The notes below the pieces were generated by a model, which saw nothing but the letters and a program-made list of their open reading frames with translations, did not search any database and was not told where the DNA came from. A stretch of 64,000 nt of DNA from Centroscyllium fabricii (lineage: Eukaryota): contig JBNRSN020000014.1 in the NCBI GenBank assembly GCA_051313645.2, positions 8,184,001-8,248,000 of the forward strand, read 5' to 3'. A program made the translations under genes and the position numbers. Below are positions 13,529 through 26,505 of this stretch, piece after piece. How positions within the stretch are numbered: position 1 is the stretch's first letter; each line of letters starts with the position of its first letter.

Positions 13529-14687
13529 TGGGAGTGTCAGCCTAGATTTTTGTGCTCAAGTCTCTGGACTGGGACTTGAACCCAGAACCTTCTGGCTCGG
13601 ATGCGAATGTGCTACCCACTGAGCCACGGCTGAGGACGAGATCAGGTTTGCTTGTGAAGCCATGCACGGTTAACGAGACTACCAGTGATCCCCCCCCCCC
13701 CCCCTAGAGAAAGTGATCTGCCTTTATATAGAGCCTTATTCTCCGGCCATCCGAGCGTGGTTTCGCAACCAATGAGTTGACTTTTTTTTTGAAGTGTTAA
13801 GTAGGCACGTGCGACAGCTAACTTGTGCACAGCAAGATCCCACACAGATATGAGCAAAATGGCCAGTTAATCTGCTGCATCCAGAATAAAGAACAAGTTT
13901 TTGTTTAATTCATTCTCAGGATGTCGCTGGTAAGGCCAACATTTAACGCTCATCCCTCGTTACCCTGATTGAGGGCAGCTGGCACCTACGGCACTGCGCC
14001 CCAGCAAGAGCCCAGGAGCAGCGCAAACACAAAAGAGTGCGCAGCAGGGCAGTGAACATCTGAAAGGGTAATGTTGGTTCTGGGTGTGGCCCCTTCATCA
14101 GAACTCCTGAACAATGAATCATACCTGGAAAGTTAGCCTGTCCTTCAGATGTTAGTTCACCTGTTGTGCCATTTCTATTTCAAGCTTTTAGCCGCTTTTG
14201 CTTTTCACCTCTGGTTTGAACTCCGACCTGGCAGAGAATGAAAATACCATTGTCACAAGAGTCCTGTGCCACTGTTGCCCTTTGACTCGAATGCGCTTGC
14301 AGCTGCTGCTAAGTGCCAGGGCGAAAAGAGTGAAATAGAACAAAAGTATTTGGAGCAGGAGTCGGCCACACCGCCCCTCGAGCCTGCTCCGCCATTCAAT
14401 CAGATCACGACTGATCTTCAAACCCAACACTTTCCTGCCCGATCCCCATATCCCTCGATTCCCCGAGAGTCGTAAAATCTATCGAGCTCAGCCTTGAATA
14501 GACTCAACATCCACAGCCCTCTGGGGTAGAGAATTCCAAAGATTCACCACCCTCTGAGTGAAGAAATTCCTCCTCATCTCAGTCCTGAATGGCCGATCAC
14601 CTATCCTGAGACTGTGACCCCTGGTTCTAGACTCTCCAGCCAGGGGGAATCAACCTCTCAGCATCGACCCTGTCAATCCCCCTCAGA

Positions 14688-14866
14688 TGTAAGAAGTCAC
14701 ACAACACCAGGTTATAGTCCAACAGCTTTATTTGAAATCACTTCACCTGATGAAGGAGCAGCGCTCCGAAAGCTTGTGATTTCAAATAAAACTGTTGGAC
14801 TATAACCTGGTGTTGTGTGACTTCTTACAATTGTCCACCCCAGTCTAACACCAGCATCTCCACATT
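14688..14866. mobile_element. Short Penelope-derived inverted-repeat element inserted in a CR1 copy
   Basis: About 53-bp inverted arms (gtaagaagtcacacaacaccaggttatagtccaacag...) around the hammerhead; approximate TSD aatccccctcaga / aaccccctcaga. Confidence 0.7.
14743..14779 (+). ncRNA. Minimal type I hammerhead ribozyme motif (Penelope-type)
   Basis: TCAC-CTGATGA-A-GGAGC-agc-GCTCC-GAAA-GC-TT-GTGA: both core boxes, 5-bp stem II, TCAC/GTGA stem I, palindromic AGCT at helix III. Confidence 0.7.
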
Positions 14867-15053
14867 AACCCCCCTCAGAATCTTGTGTATTTCAATGAGA
14901 ACACGTCTCAGCCTTCTAAACACCAGAGTGTATAGGCTCATTCTACACAATCTCTCCTCATAAGATGAGATAAATCAGGAAAATAAAGAGGAAAAAACTG
15001 CAAATGCAGAGCAGGTGTAAAAGGGAAAGGCAGGAGCGAGGCTGTCAGTATCT

Positions 15054-15430
15054 AGAAACATAGAAACTAGGAGCAGGAGTCGGCCATTCAGCCCCTCGAG
15101 CCTGCTCCGCCATTCGATGAGATCATGGCTGATCATCCAAACCCAGCACCCTGTCCCTGCCCTCTCCCCATATCCCTCGATCCCTATCGAGCCTGCACTG
15201 ACACATATCCCACCCTATCCCCGTAACCCCCACATATTCCATCCCCCTAACACTAAGGGTTAATTTATCCTGGCCAATTAACCTAACCCGCACATCTTTG
15301 GACTGTGGGAGGAAACCCACGCAGACACGGGGAGAATGTGCAAACTCCACACAGATAGTACCGGAGGCCGGATTTGAACCCGGGTCTCCAGTGCTGTGAG
15401 ACAACAGTGCTAACCACTATGCCACCGTGC
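15054..15430 (-). mobile_element. HE1-type V-SINE with alternative CR1 tail (also 4041-4295, 31615-31996, 38207-38762, 45523-45922, 47982-48355, 61898-62288)
   Basis: Same head and V domain; the tail matches the 3' UTR of the young CR1 copies, ending (tttctatg)n. Confidence 0.85.
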
Positions 15431-16231
15431 CTCTAAAGGGGGAAAGGCAGGAGCGAGGCTGTCAGTATCTAAAGGGGAAAGGTAAGTTGTGATTTTTGGG
15501 GTGTGTTGCCTTCATCACAACTGGGATAAATCAGGAAGTGGGGTGGGTGAAGTGATGCCAAACCTGGGAGATGAGGAACCCCACAGTTTGAAAGTCCTGG
15601 GAAAGAAAGATGGATGTGGTGCCATGAACCTTGATTTAAATGCAGAAACAATGCAAGAAATAGCGAGAGATTTCCATATCTATCGCATCTTTCACAACCT
15701 CAGGATGTCCCAAGGCGCTTTGCAGCCAATGAAGTACTTATTTTTTGGAAATGCCAGTCACTGCTGTAATGTAGGAAACGCGGCAGCCAATTTGCGCACA
15801 GTAAGCTCCCGCAAACAGCAATGTGATGATGACCAGATAATCTGTTTTTAAGTGATGTTGGAAAAGGGATAAATATTGGCCCAGGACACCAGGGGGGACT
15901 CTGCTGCTTATCTTCAAATAGTGCTGCAGGATCTTTCCTGAGAGAGCAGACGGGGCCTCGGTTTAACGTTTCATCTGAAAGGCGGCACCTCAGACAGTGC
16001 AGCACTCCCTCAGCACTGGCACCGGGGTTTTTTTTGTGCTCAAGTCTCTGGAGTGGGATTTGAACCCACAACCTTCTGACTCAGAGGCACGGGTGTCACC
16101 CACTGAGCCACGGCTGAAAACGAAAGGTGTTTTTTTCCAGGGGAAATGCTACATATAATATTTGTGTAAACACTAACACTCCTGTCTCCATTTTTATCCT
16201 GGCAGATACTGCAGCGTGCTGAGTGGACACC

Positions 16232-17063
16232 ATGGCTCAGACCCTGCAAATGGAGATTCCGAACTTCGGGAATAACATCTTGGAATGTCTGAATGAGCAG
16301 CGGCTCCAGGGCCTGTACTGTGATGTTTCCATTGTTGTCAAGGGGCAGGCGTTCAAGGCGCACCGCGCGGTCCTGGCGGCGAGCAGCTCCTACTTCCGGG
16401 ACCTCTTCAGCTCCAACAACTGCACGAGCTTCGAGCTGCCCACCGCGGTGCAGCCGCAGTCCTTCCAGCAGATCCTGCTGTTCTGTTACACGGGCCGGCT
16501 CAGCATGAACATGGGCGACCAGTTCCTCCTGATGTACACGGCTGGCTTCCTCCAGATCCAGCAGATAATGGACAAGGAGACAGAGTTTTGCCTGAAGGTC
16601 AGCTCGCCGCGCTGCGACTCCCAGGGGCTCCACGGGGAGGAGACGCCCTCTGAGCCGCCGAGCCCCGCCCAACCCTCCCGCTCGCTGGCGGCCACCCCCC
16701 TCTCGCTGGTGTCGCGCGTCAAGACGGAGCAGGCTGAGTTGGACTCCGCGCAGTTCACCCCCATCGGCAAGCGCCTGTGGGACAACGGCCAGCGGGAGGG
16801 CAACGGCAGCATGGGTTCCAAGCTGGCTCGGGTTTCCCATGGAGCCCCCGCGGGCCGGCAGCAGGGGTGCGGAGCAGCGGGGCCAGGTAGTTCAGACCGC
16901 ACCAGTCCCGGCACCTCCAGTGCCTACACCAGCGACAGTCCCAACTCCTACCAAAACGAAGAGGACGAGGAGGAGGAGGGTGGCGAGGATATGACAGAGG
17001 AGCACTACAGACAGATCTGTAACATGTACACGATGTACAGCATGATGAATGTGGGCCAGCCAG
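16232..17063 (+). CDS. NACC1: NACC1 first coding exon (BTB/POZ domain + acidic linker)
   Basis: ATG at 16232 gives [59 protein letters not shown], near-identical to the vertebrate NACC1 N-terminus. Acceptor tttttatcctggcag ends at 16205; donor CAG|gtaagc after 17063 (phase 1). Confidence 0.95.
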
Positions 17064-17863
17064 GTAAGCCTGTGATCTGTTCGCCTGCTACTTACCAGTG
17101 GCACCATCGAGGTCGCTAATTTAAAGGGCAGTGGCTGCACTGGCTCCGTGTGATGACCCAACATTTTGTGTCTCTTGCCTCAGCTGTAACTGAGAATAAA
17201 CGCTGTGCACCTGGGCAGATCCATCTGGCGTCTCAATGGCGATGGGGAGTCATAGAGTTATAGAGTCATAGAGTTATACAGCACAGGAAGAGGCCCTTCG
17301 GCCCATCGTGTCCGTGCCGCCCATCGAGCCCTGTCTATTCTAAGCCCATTTTCCAGCACTTGGTCCGTAGCCTTGTATGCTATGGCATTTCAAGTGCTCA
17401 TCTAAATGCTTCTTGAATATTGTGAGGGTTCTTGCCTCTACCACCCTTTCAGGCAGCGAGTTCCAAATTCCAACCACCCTCTGGGTGAAAACGTTCTTCC
17501 TCAAATTCCCTCTAAACCTCAGGATTAAATTCCATTTGCCACTGTTCCGCCCATCTGACCAACTCGTCTATGTCGTCCTGCATGTTGCGGATTGCCTCCT
17601 CGCTATTTACCAACCCCCCAACGTTTGTGTCCTCTGCAAATTTACTGATCATGCCTTTTACATTAATATCTAAATCATTAATATAGACTACAGAGCTGAT
17701 CCTCCTCCAGTTTAACCAACCTCCTTTATCTAACAGCAGATTCCCAGGGTTTCCCCGGGTCCAGCTAGCCTGGGTGTGGGGATATTTATACCGTGGAGCG
17801 CAGTCTGGAGGGACTCAGTGTCACTTGTCAGCTGCACTCCTTTAAAAACACCTTCAAAAAGAA

Positions 17864-18366
17864 AGACTTGCATTTCTATAGCGCCTTTCACAACCACCGG
17901 ATGTCCCAAAGCGTTTTACAGCCAATTAAGTACTTTTTGAAGTGTAGTCACTGTTGTAATGTAGGAAACATGGCTGCCAATTTGTGCACAGCAAGCTCCC
18001 ACAAACAACAATGTGTTAATGACCAGCTATATGTTTTAATGATGTTGATTGAGCGATAAATATTGGCCAAGATAGTGGGGATAGCTCCCCTGCTCCTCTT
18101 CGAAGGCAAGTATCCCATATGCCTTTTTAACCACCTTATCCACCTGTCTTGCCATAGGATCCTTTACGTCCAGCTGAGAGGGCAGATGTGGGTCTCGGTT
18201 TTAATAACTCATCTGAAAAACGGCACCTTCGACAGTGCAGCGACCCTCGGTACTGTACTGGGACCGTCAGCCCGGATTTTGTGCTCGAGTCTCATGGAGA
18301 GGGACTTGAACCCACAACCTTCTGACTTAGAGGCGGGAGTGGCACCCACTGAGCCGCGGCTGACAC
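17864..18366 (-). mobile_element. Deu-domain (SacSINE1/AmnSINE-like) tRNA SINE without expansion (also 7117-7418, 9680-9795, 15670-16117)
   Basis: tRNA head ggctcagtggg...ggttcaagtcc, body gtgccgt..ttcagatgag, L2-like tail gaaaggcgctatagaaatgcaagtc. Confidence 0.75.
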
Positions 18367-18660
18367 CAATTATCTAGATACCTGGCAGTCTAACTGACAA
18401 ACCTCTCGAGCTTGTCAAACACAGTTACTGATGCCCCTGACCTCCCGTGGAGCAGTCTGTTGCTCCCGTACCAGCAGGCGCTAGCCTGCGAGAGAGCAAA
18501 AGAGAAACTTCTGAATGTGTCCAGGGGCCTGATGAACTTTCCTGTGAGCTCCGCGTGTGTTACTTGAATGGCCAGGCCCGTTGTACAGAACAGAATTTTG
18601 TCCTGCATTTACCTCAGCCGTCTCCTGGTTCAATCTATATCATCGACGTAACCAGTTCAT

Positions 18661-21600
18661 TGGCCCAGAAATTGGGGTCTCCACACGTGAGTACGGACGA
18701 GGCACTCACGTGTAGGCCATTCGAAAGTGCCGGTTTCCTGCATGCACTGCGCATGCGCGGGAAACCGGCACTTCCGTTCCCCGAACTAAGGGGTTACGCG
18801 GTGAAGCGCGTGCGCGGGAGCGTATTGCACTTACGCTTTTTTCACAGGTTTTTCTGTCCGGGTAAGTGAGAAAAAGTTAGACTCGAAAAAAGCAGGCGTA
18901 AGGCCGGCTTTTAACAAGGTAAGTGCTGAATTAATTCAAATTAAAACATTTTTTCCACAGGTTTATTATTTTTTAATACTTTAAAGAAAGGTAAGTTCAT
19001 TTTCAGCCCTGTTAGGAAAAATAATTAATTTTTTCAAAAATTTAAATTATTGTTTAAAATAGTTATTTCATGTAATTTATAGTTACAATTTATCGAACAA
19101 CGCCTGGGGCACGAACGCGGAACTGATCGAAAGTTCCTGCTCCGCCGATCTGGAATTCCTCACTGTAAAGTGCAGACCCTTCTACCTGCCTCGGGAATTT
19201 ACGGCCGTCATCTTCACTGCGGTCTACATCCCTCCACACGCAAATGCCAAACTGGCACTCAAAGATCTCCACAGGGCCATCAGCGAGCAGCAGACCACGC
19301 ATCAGGAGGGAGCCTTTATCGTGGCGGGGGACTTCAACCACGCTAACCTCAAATCGGTGCTACCAAAATTTCACAAGAATGTCTCCTGCCCCACGAGGGG
19401 CGAGAACACGCTGGACCAGGTCTACACCAACATTGCAGAGGCTTACAAAGCCATCCCGTGACCCCACCTCGGGAATTCCGACCACCTTTCACTGTTCCTC
19501 GCCCCAGCATACAAACCACTCATCAAAAGGGTGAAAGCTTCAGCCAAAACAGTCGGTATGGCCAGAAGGGGCAGTCTCAGAGCTACAAGACTGCTTCGAA
19601 CGCACTGAATGGAGCATGTTCGCTCACACGGACATCGAGGAATACGCATCCACAGTGCTTTTTTACATCAACAGCTGTGTCGAGGTGGTCACTACCCAAA
19701 AAACCATCAAGACATTCCCCAACCAGAAACCCTGGATGAGCGGGGAGGTCCGCTCGCTGCTGAAGGCGCGTGACACAGCTTTCAAATCTGGGGATGTGGC
19801 GGCTTACAGCACAGCCAGGGCCAACCTAAAGAGGGGTATCAGGTCTGCCAAACAAAATCAGACACTGAAGATAGAGGAACACTTTCACAACAACTCGGAC
19901 CCTCGACGTATGTGGCAAGGCATACAGTCCATCACGGACTACAAGTGCAGAAACACCAGCCCCCCGACCGGCGATGCCTCCCTACCGGAGGAACTCAACA
20001 ACTTCTACGCTCGCTTCGACAGGGACAACAGGGAGCCAGCCACCAAAGTCCTGCAATCCCCGGAAGACCAGCCATTAACACTGTCCTGCTCCGACGTTAG
20101 AGGTGCTCTACGTAGAGTGAACACATGGAAGGCCGCGGGTCCTGATGGCATCCCCGGCCGGGCACTCAAAGAATGTGCAGACCAACTGGCTGAAGTCTTC
20201 ACTGACATCTTCAACCTGTCACTGGCGAAGGCAGCTGTCCCTACGTGCTTCAAGACCACCACCATCATCCCTGTGCCCAAGAAAACGGCTGTGACGTGCC
20301 TGAACGACTACCGCCCTGTTGCACTTACACCCATTATCATGAAGTGTTTCGAGCGGCTGGTCCTGGCCCACATCAAAGCCAGCATCCCCGCCGCCCTGGA
20401 CCAATACCAGTTCGCCTACCGTGGGAACAGATCTACAGAAGATGCTATCACTACGGCTCTTCACTCTGCACTAAACCACCTGGATAGCAAAGATACGTAT
20501 ATCAGAATGCTGTTTATTGACTACAGCTCAGCATTCAACACCATCGTCCCCAGCAAATTGTCTACCAAACTCCTCACCCTCGGCCTGAACACCTCCCTCT
20601 GCAACTGGACCCTGGACTTCCTAACCAACAGACCACAGTCTGTGAAGTTAGGCAACCTCACCTCCCCCCCCCCCCCCCCCCCCTTACCCTGAACACGGGG
20701 GCCCCACAAGGTTGTGTGCTGAGCCCCCTCCTCTACTCCCTCTTCACTCACGACTGTGCGGCTGTCCATGGCTCCAACACGATCATCAAGTTTGCGGATG
20801 ACACCACGGTGGTTGGCCAGATCACCAACAACGACGAGTCAGCCTACAGGGATGAGATCCAGCGCCTTGTGGGTTGGTGTGCCGACAACAACCTGGCACT
20901 GAACACCAAGAAAACTAAGGAGATCATAGTGGACTTCCGGAGGACTGGAAGCAGAAGACACACCCCCATCTTCATCCAAGGGGCTGAGGTGGAAAGGGTG
21001 TCCAGCTTCAAGTTCTTCGGGGTCCACATTTTGGAAGATCTCTCCTGGTCACTAAACACCTCCTCTCTGGTTAAGAAGGCCCAACAGCGCCTGTACTTCC
21101 TAAGGAAGCTGAAGAAAGCCAGGCTGTCCAACTTCTACTGCTGCACAATAGAAAGCATACTGACAAGCTGCATCACTGTCTGGTATGGAAATTGCAGTAT
21201 CTCGGACTGGAAAACCCTGCAGCGGGTAGTCAAAACTGCCCAACGAATCACCGGTACACAGCTACCGTCAATGGAAAGCATCTACCTCAAACGCTGCTTA
21301 CGGAGGTCTCTGAACATTATTAAAGACCCCACACACCCCAGCCACAGTCTGTTCACCCCCCTGCTCTCCGGGAGACGCTACAGAGCAATTCGCACCCGCA
21401 CGACTAGATTTCAGAACAGCTTCTTCCCCAGGGCTGTCAGCCTCCTGAACTCTTTAAAAAAATAAAAAATAAAAAAAAATAAACTCCGGTACCTGCACAC
21501 CTGAAAATGTACTTTACTGTATGCAATTTGCATGTCATTTATTTGCACTACTCTCGGGAGAGTCGAGTCTTCGTCTCGTTGTATTGTACTAGTACTCTGC

Positions 21601-21941
21601 AATGACAATAAAACTTGAATTGAATTATTTTAAAAATGTGTTTTTTTTTAATTTATTTGAAGTTTCGGTGATATTTTGGGGCTTGTAGTTTTCATAGTTT
21701 TGACAGCTCTTCCTGTCAAACTTATGAATGGAGCATTCTCTGCTCCAATTGGCTCTTCGTGGCCCACGTGATCCATCGCACTAACTGCGCCGCTGGAATA
21801 CGGGAGCGCGGCGCGCCGGCAGTTGGAGGAGGCCCCGGATCGGAATTCCACGCGGGCCCACAGCTCAACGACCAGCGTGATAGGTAAGTGCAGGTCGGAG
21901 GCTCGCACACGCGAGAAGCCCCCGACCCGAATTTCTGGGCC
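18661..21941. mobile_element. About 750-bp TIR element (GGCCCAGAAATT ends) split by the Rex1 insertion
   Basis: Ends ggcccagaaattgggg / cccgaatttctgggcc; homologous, in reverse orientation, to 2897-3652. Confidence 0.7.
19092..21625 (+). mobile_element. Rex1/Babar LINE, 5'-truncated (APE C-half + RT), two frameshifts
   Basis: KCRPFYLPREF...AGDFNHANL; [11 protein letters not shown]; [21 protein letters not shown]; QGCVLSPLLYSL; IIKFADDTTVVG; 3' aataaa plus (ttgaa)n tail. Confidence 0.9.
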
Positions 21942-22119
21942 GTACGTAAAGGAAGAATTGCCTTGTTTTTGCTGAGCTGCACACTTGTTCATGCACAGGT
22001 GAAATAAAACCTGGAATAATACACAGCACCACTGTCGGCATTTCTGTAGGGAAAGGATCAATTAATGTCAGGGATGTAGTTAGACTCTTCGTCAGAACCA
22101 GAAACTGGGAGAATTTAGG

Positions 22120-23160
22120 TTAAACTAGTGCAGAACCTTGGTTAGACCACACTTGGAGCACCGCGCACAGTTCTGATCTCCATATTATGTAAAGGATATC
22201 GAGGCAGTGGAGAAGGCCCAAAAACGATTGACGAGCATGATCCCAGAACTGAGAGGTTTTAACGATCAGGAAAGACTGAACACGCGGGGACTCTTTCCTC
22301 TAGAACAGCAGTGGGCGAGGGGTGGCCTGATGGAGGTCTTTAAGATTATGAAAGGGCTTGATGGGGTAGACGTAGACATTTCCACTTTTGGGGGAGGCCA
22401 AAACTAGAGGCTATAAATATAAGACAGTCACGCAGTTCAGAGAAGATTCACTCGGTTGATTCCCGAGATGAGGGAGTTGACTTATGAGGTAAGGTTGAGT
22501 AGGTTGGGCCTCTACTCATTGGAGTTCAGAAGAATGAGAGGCGATCTTATCGAAACATATAAGATTGTGAGGGGGCTTGATCGGGTGGATGCGGTGAGGA
22601 TGTTTCCACTGATGGGTGAGACTAGAACTAGGGGGCATAATCTGAGAATAAGGGGCTGCCCTTTCAAAACTGAGATGAGGAGAAACTTCTTCACTCAGAG
22701 GGCAGTAAATCTATGGAATTTGCTGCCTCAGAGAGCTGTGGAAGCTGCGACATTAAATAAATTTAAAACGGAGATAGACAGTTTCCTAGCTGATAAGGGG
22801 TTACGGGGAGCGGGCAGGGAAGTGGACGTGAGTCTAAGTTCGGATCAGCCGTGATCCTATTGCATGGCGGAGCGGGCCCGAGGGGCCGTATGGCCGACTC
22901 CTGCTCCTACTCCTTATGTTCTTATGAATAAATCCAATGGGGAATTCAGGAGAAACTTCTTCACCCAGAGAGTGGTGAGAATGTGGAACTCGCTCCCACA
23001 GGGAGTGGTTGAGGCGAATAGTATCGCTGGATAAACACATGAGGGAGAAAGGAATAGAAGGAGATGTTGATGGGGTGAGATGAAGAGGGTTGGAGGAGGC
23101 TGGTGTGGAGTAGAAACACCGGCACGGACCAGTTAGACTTGTTTCTGTGCTGTATATTCT
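22120..23160 (+). mobile_element. CR1 nested in an older CR1
   Basis: ORF 22456-22854 copy interrupts a more diverged copy. Confidence 0.8.
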
Positions 23161-23208
23161 GTGCACCGTACTTCATCACCAGATCGATTTTTGTTTTCTT
23201 GACAGCAG

Positions 23209-23382
23209 CCGAGCGAGTGGAAGCCCTGCCCGATCACTTGACCACAGATGCCCGCTCAAGGGTGCGGATGAGGAGAGATCTGGCGGCACTGCCAGCGGAA
23301 CTGATCACCCAGATTGGAAACCGATGTCATCCCAAGCTTTACGCAGAGGGGGATCCCACCGAGAAACTGGAACTTGTAACAG
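23209..23382 (+). CDS. NACC1: NACC1 coding exon 2
   Basis: [11 protein letters not shown]...[35 protein letters not shown]. Acceptor ttttcttgacagcag (NAGNAG, alternative start 23206); donor AG|gtacag; phase 1/1. Confidence 0.92.
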
Positions 23383-23403
23383 GTACAGCCCGCGTTTCAT
23401 AGA

Positions 23404-24320
<917 letters not shown>

Positions 24321-24359
24321 TAAGATGGGCAAGAAACCAAGTCAAATTAAAAAAAAACA

Positions 24360-24500
24360 GAACATGTCCAAAGCACTCAGCAGGTCAGGCAGCCTCTGGA
24401 GAGAGAAAGATAGTTAACGTTTCGGGTCGATGACCTTTCGCCAGAACTGGAAGAAAGGTGAACGGCTTTTAAGCCTGGAAAAAGAGTCAGGGTAAGAGTA
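24360..24500 (-). mobile_element. Penelope-type terminal fragment with degenerate hammerhead
   Basis: Minus strand agttCTGGCGAaaggtcatcgacccGAAACGTTaact, followed by the tgcctgacctgctgag motif also seen near 200, 27490 and 38900. Confidence 0.55.
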
Positions 24501-24597
24501 AAAGGGAGAGGTCTGTGATTGGGTGGAGGGCAGGAATGATTAACTGACAAAATACAGACAGAAATGTTGCAGCAGAGAGAGGGAAAGAGGTTAGGGG

Positions 24598-24880
24598 TGT
24601 GGTAAACCGTTATTATTGTTTACCACTGTACTGTATATAGTTATCCTCTGTATTGTACATAGTTCACTGCATAGTACATGGTCACCTCTTGTCTATCTGG
24701 GATGACTGAGCCGGCCCCTCCTCCTGGCTCCACCCACATACTCGGGTATAAAGGTGGCAGCCATGTCGACCGCATGGCATTCCCAGGACCAGCTATCGCC
24801 TAGTTCTGTACTCCAGTTCATTACCAATAAAAGCCTCAGTTACTTTTCTCCTAAGACTCGCAGTAATTGATTGGTCATCA
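24598..24880 (+). mobile_element. Solo LTR (283 bp)
   Basis: TG...CA termini, perfect 5-bp TSD AGGGG, TATAAA at 24747, AATAAA at 24826. Confidence 0.8.
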
Positions 24881-25230
24881 AGGGGATAAGCGAATGGGCG
24901 CCTGTCTGACTGAACGTACCAGTTTGGATGGTGTTGTTGCCGTTATTTTTTCCCTTAAACTCTGATGCTGTGCATTAAGCAGTCGGAGACTGGGAGTGAT
25001 GCCCCTCATGTTTGAGTTGCCTGCCGACGTTCAGTGTTTGTGCCTGTGAAACTGGATCCCAACACAAGCCAGCGTTCTTGTGGAAGGAGAGGAGGAGAGG
25101 GAGAAATAATTTCAACCCAATTCCTAGAAAATTTCATAAACCCAGGCATGGGCGAGCAGCCTCGTCCACAGTCCTCAGAAGGACTGGAGCAGGAGATGTG
25201 CTGTTCACTCTACGACATTCTGTGGTTTAG

Positions 25231-25515
<285 letters not shown>

Positions 25516-25725
25516 TGACCCCCCGAGATGAGCTTCACCAAGACAGCCGACTTCCACCTCCGTAACATCGCCCATCTCCACCCCGCCTCAGTCCACCTCC
25601 TGCTGCAACCTTCATCCAAGCCTTTGTTTCCTCCAGACGCCACTATTCCAACACGCTCCTGGCTGGCCGACCTCCCACCTCCCACCTTCCCGACCTCCCA
25701 CCTCCCACCTTCCGAAAACTCTGCT

Positions 25726-26505
25726 GCCCCGTGTCCTAACTCACACCCAGTCCCGTTCACCCATCACCCCCTGTGCTCACTGCCCCGTGTCCTAACTCAC
25801 ACCGTGTCCCGTTCACCCATCACCCCCTGTGCTCACTGCCCCGTGTCCTAACTCACACCCAGTCCCGTTCACCCATCACCCCCTGTGCTCACTGCCCCAT
25901 GTCCTAACTCACACCCAGTCCCGTTCACCCATCACCCCCTGTGCTCACTGCCCCGTGTCCTAACTCACACCCAGTCCCGTTCACCCACCATCCCCTATGC
26001 TCACTGCCCCGTGTCCTAACTCACACCGAGTCCCGTTCACCCATCACCCCATGCTCACTGCCCCGTGTCCTAACTCACACCCAGTCCTGTTCACCCATCA
26101 GCCCCTGTGCTCACTGCCCCGTGTCCTAACTCACACCGAGTCCCGTTCACCCATCACCCCCTGTGCTCACTGCCCCGTTTCCTAACTCACACCAAGTCCC
26201 GTTCACCCATTACCCCTGTACTCACTGCCCCGTGTCCTAACTCACACCCAGTCCCATTCACACATCACCCCATGTGCTCACTGCACCGTGTCCTAACTCA
26301 CACCCAGTCCCGTTCACCCATCACCCCCTGTGCTCACTGTCCCGTGTCCTAACTCACCCTGAGTCCCGTTCACCCATCACCCCCTGTGCTCACTGCCCCG
26401 TGTCCTAACTCACACCCAGTCCCGTTCACCCATCACCCCTGTGCTCACTGCCCCGTGTCCTAACTCACACCCAGTCCCGTTCACCCATTACCCCTGTGCT
26501 CACTG
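25726..26505. repeat. 55-56-bp minisatellite (about 14 units) derived from L2 coding sequence
   Basis: Unit ccccgtgtcctaactcacacccagtcccgttcacccatcaccccctgtgctcactg. Confidence 0.95.

Noticed and set aside
16040-16840. 266-aa minus-strand ORF
   Set aside because: Antisense shadow of the GC-rich NACC1 exon.
16223-17119. ORF-track 298-aa protein as a single-exon gene
   Set aside because: True start is ATG 16232, and the frame splices at 17063 to the BEN-domain exons.
20664-20683. Long C/G homopolymers (also near 2800, 13690, 27860, 36118, 52950) as functional motifs
   Set aside because: Cannot be distinguished from slippage or sequencing length error without reads.
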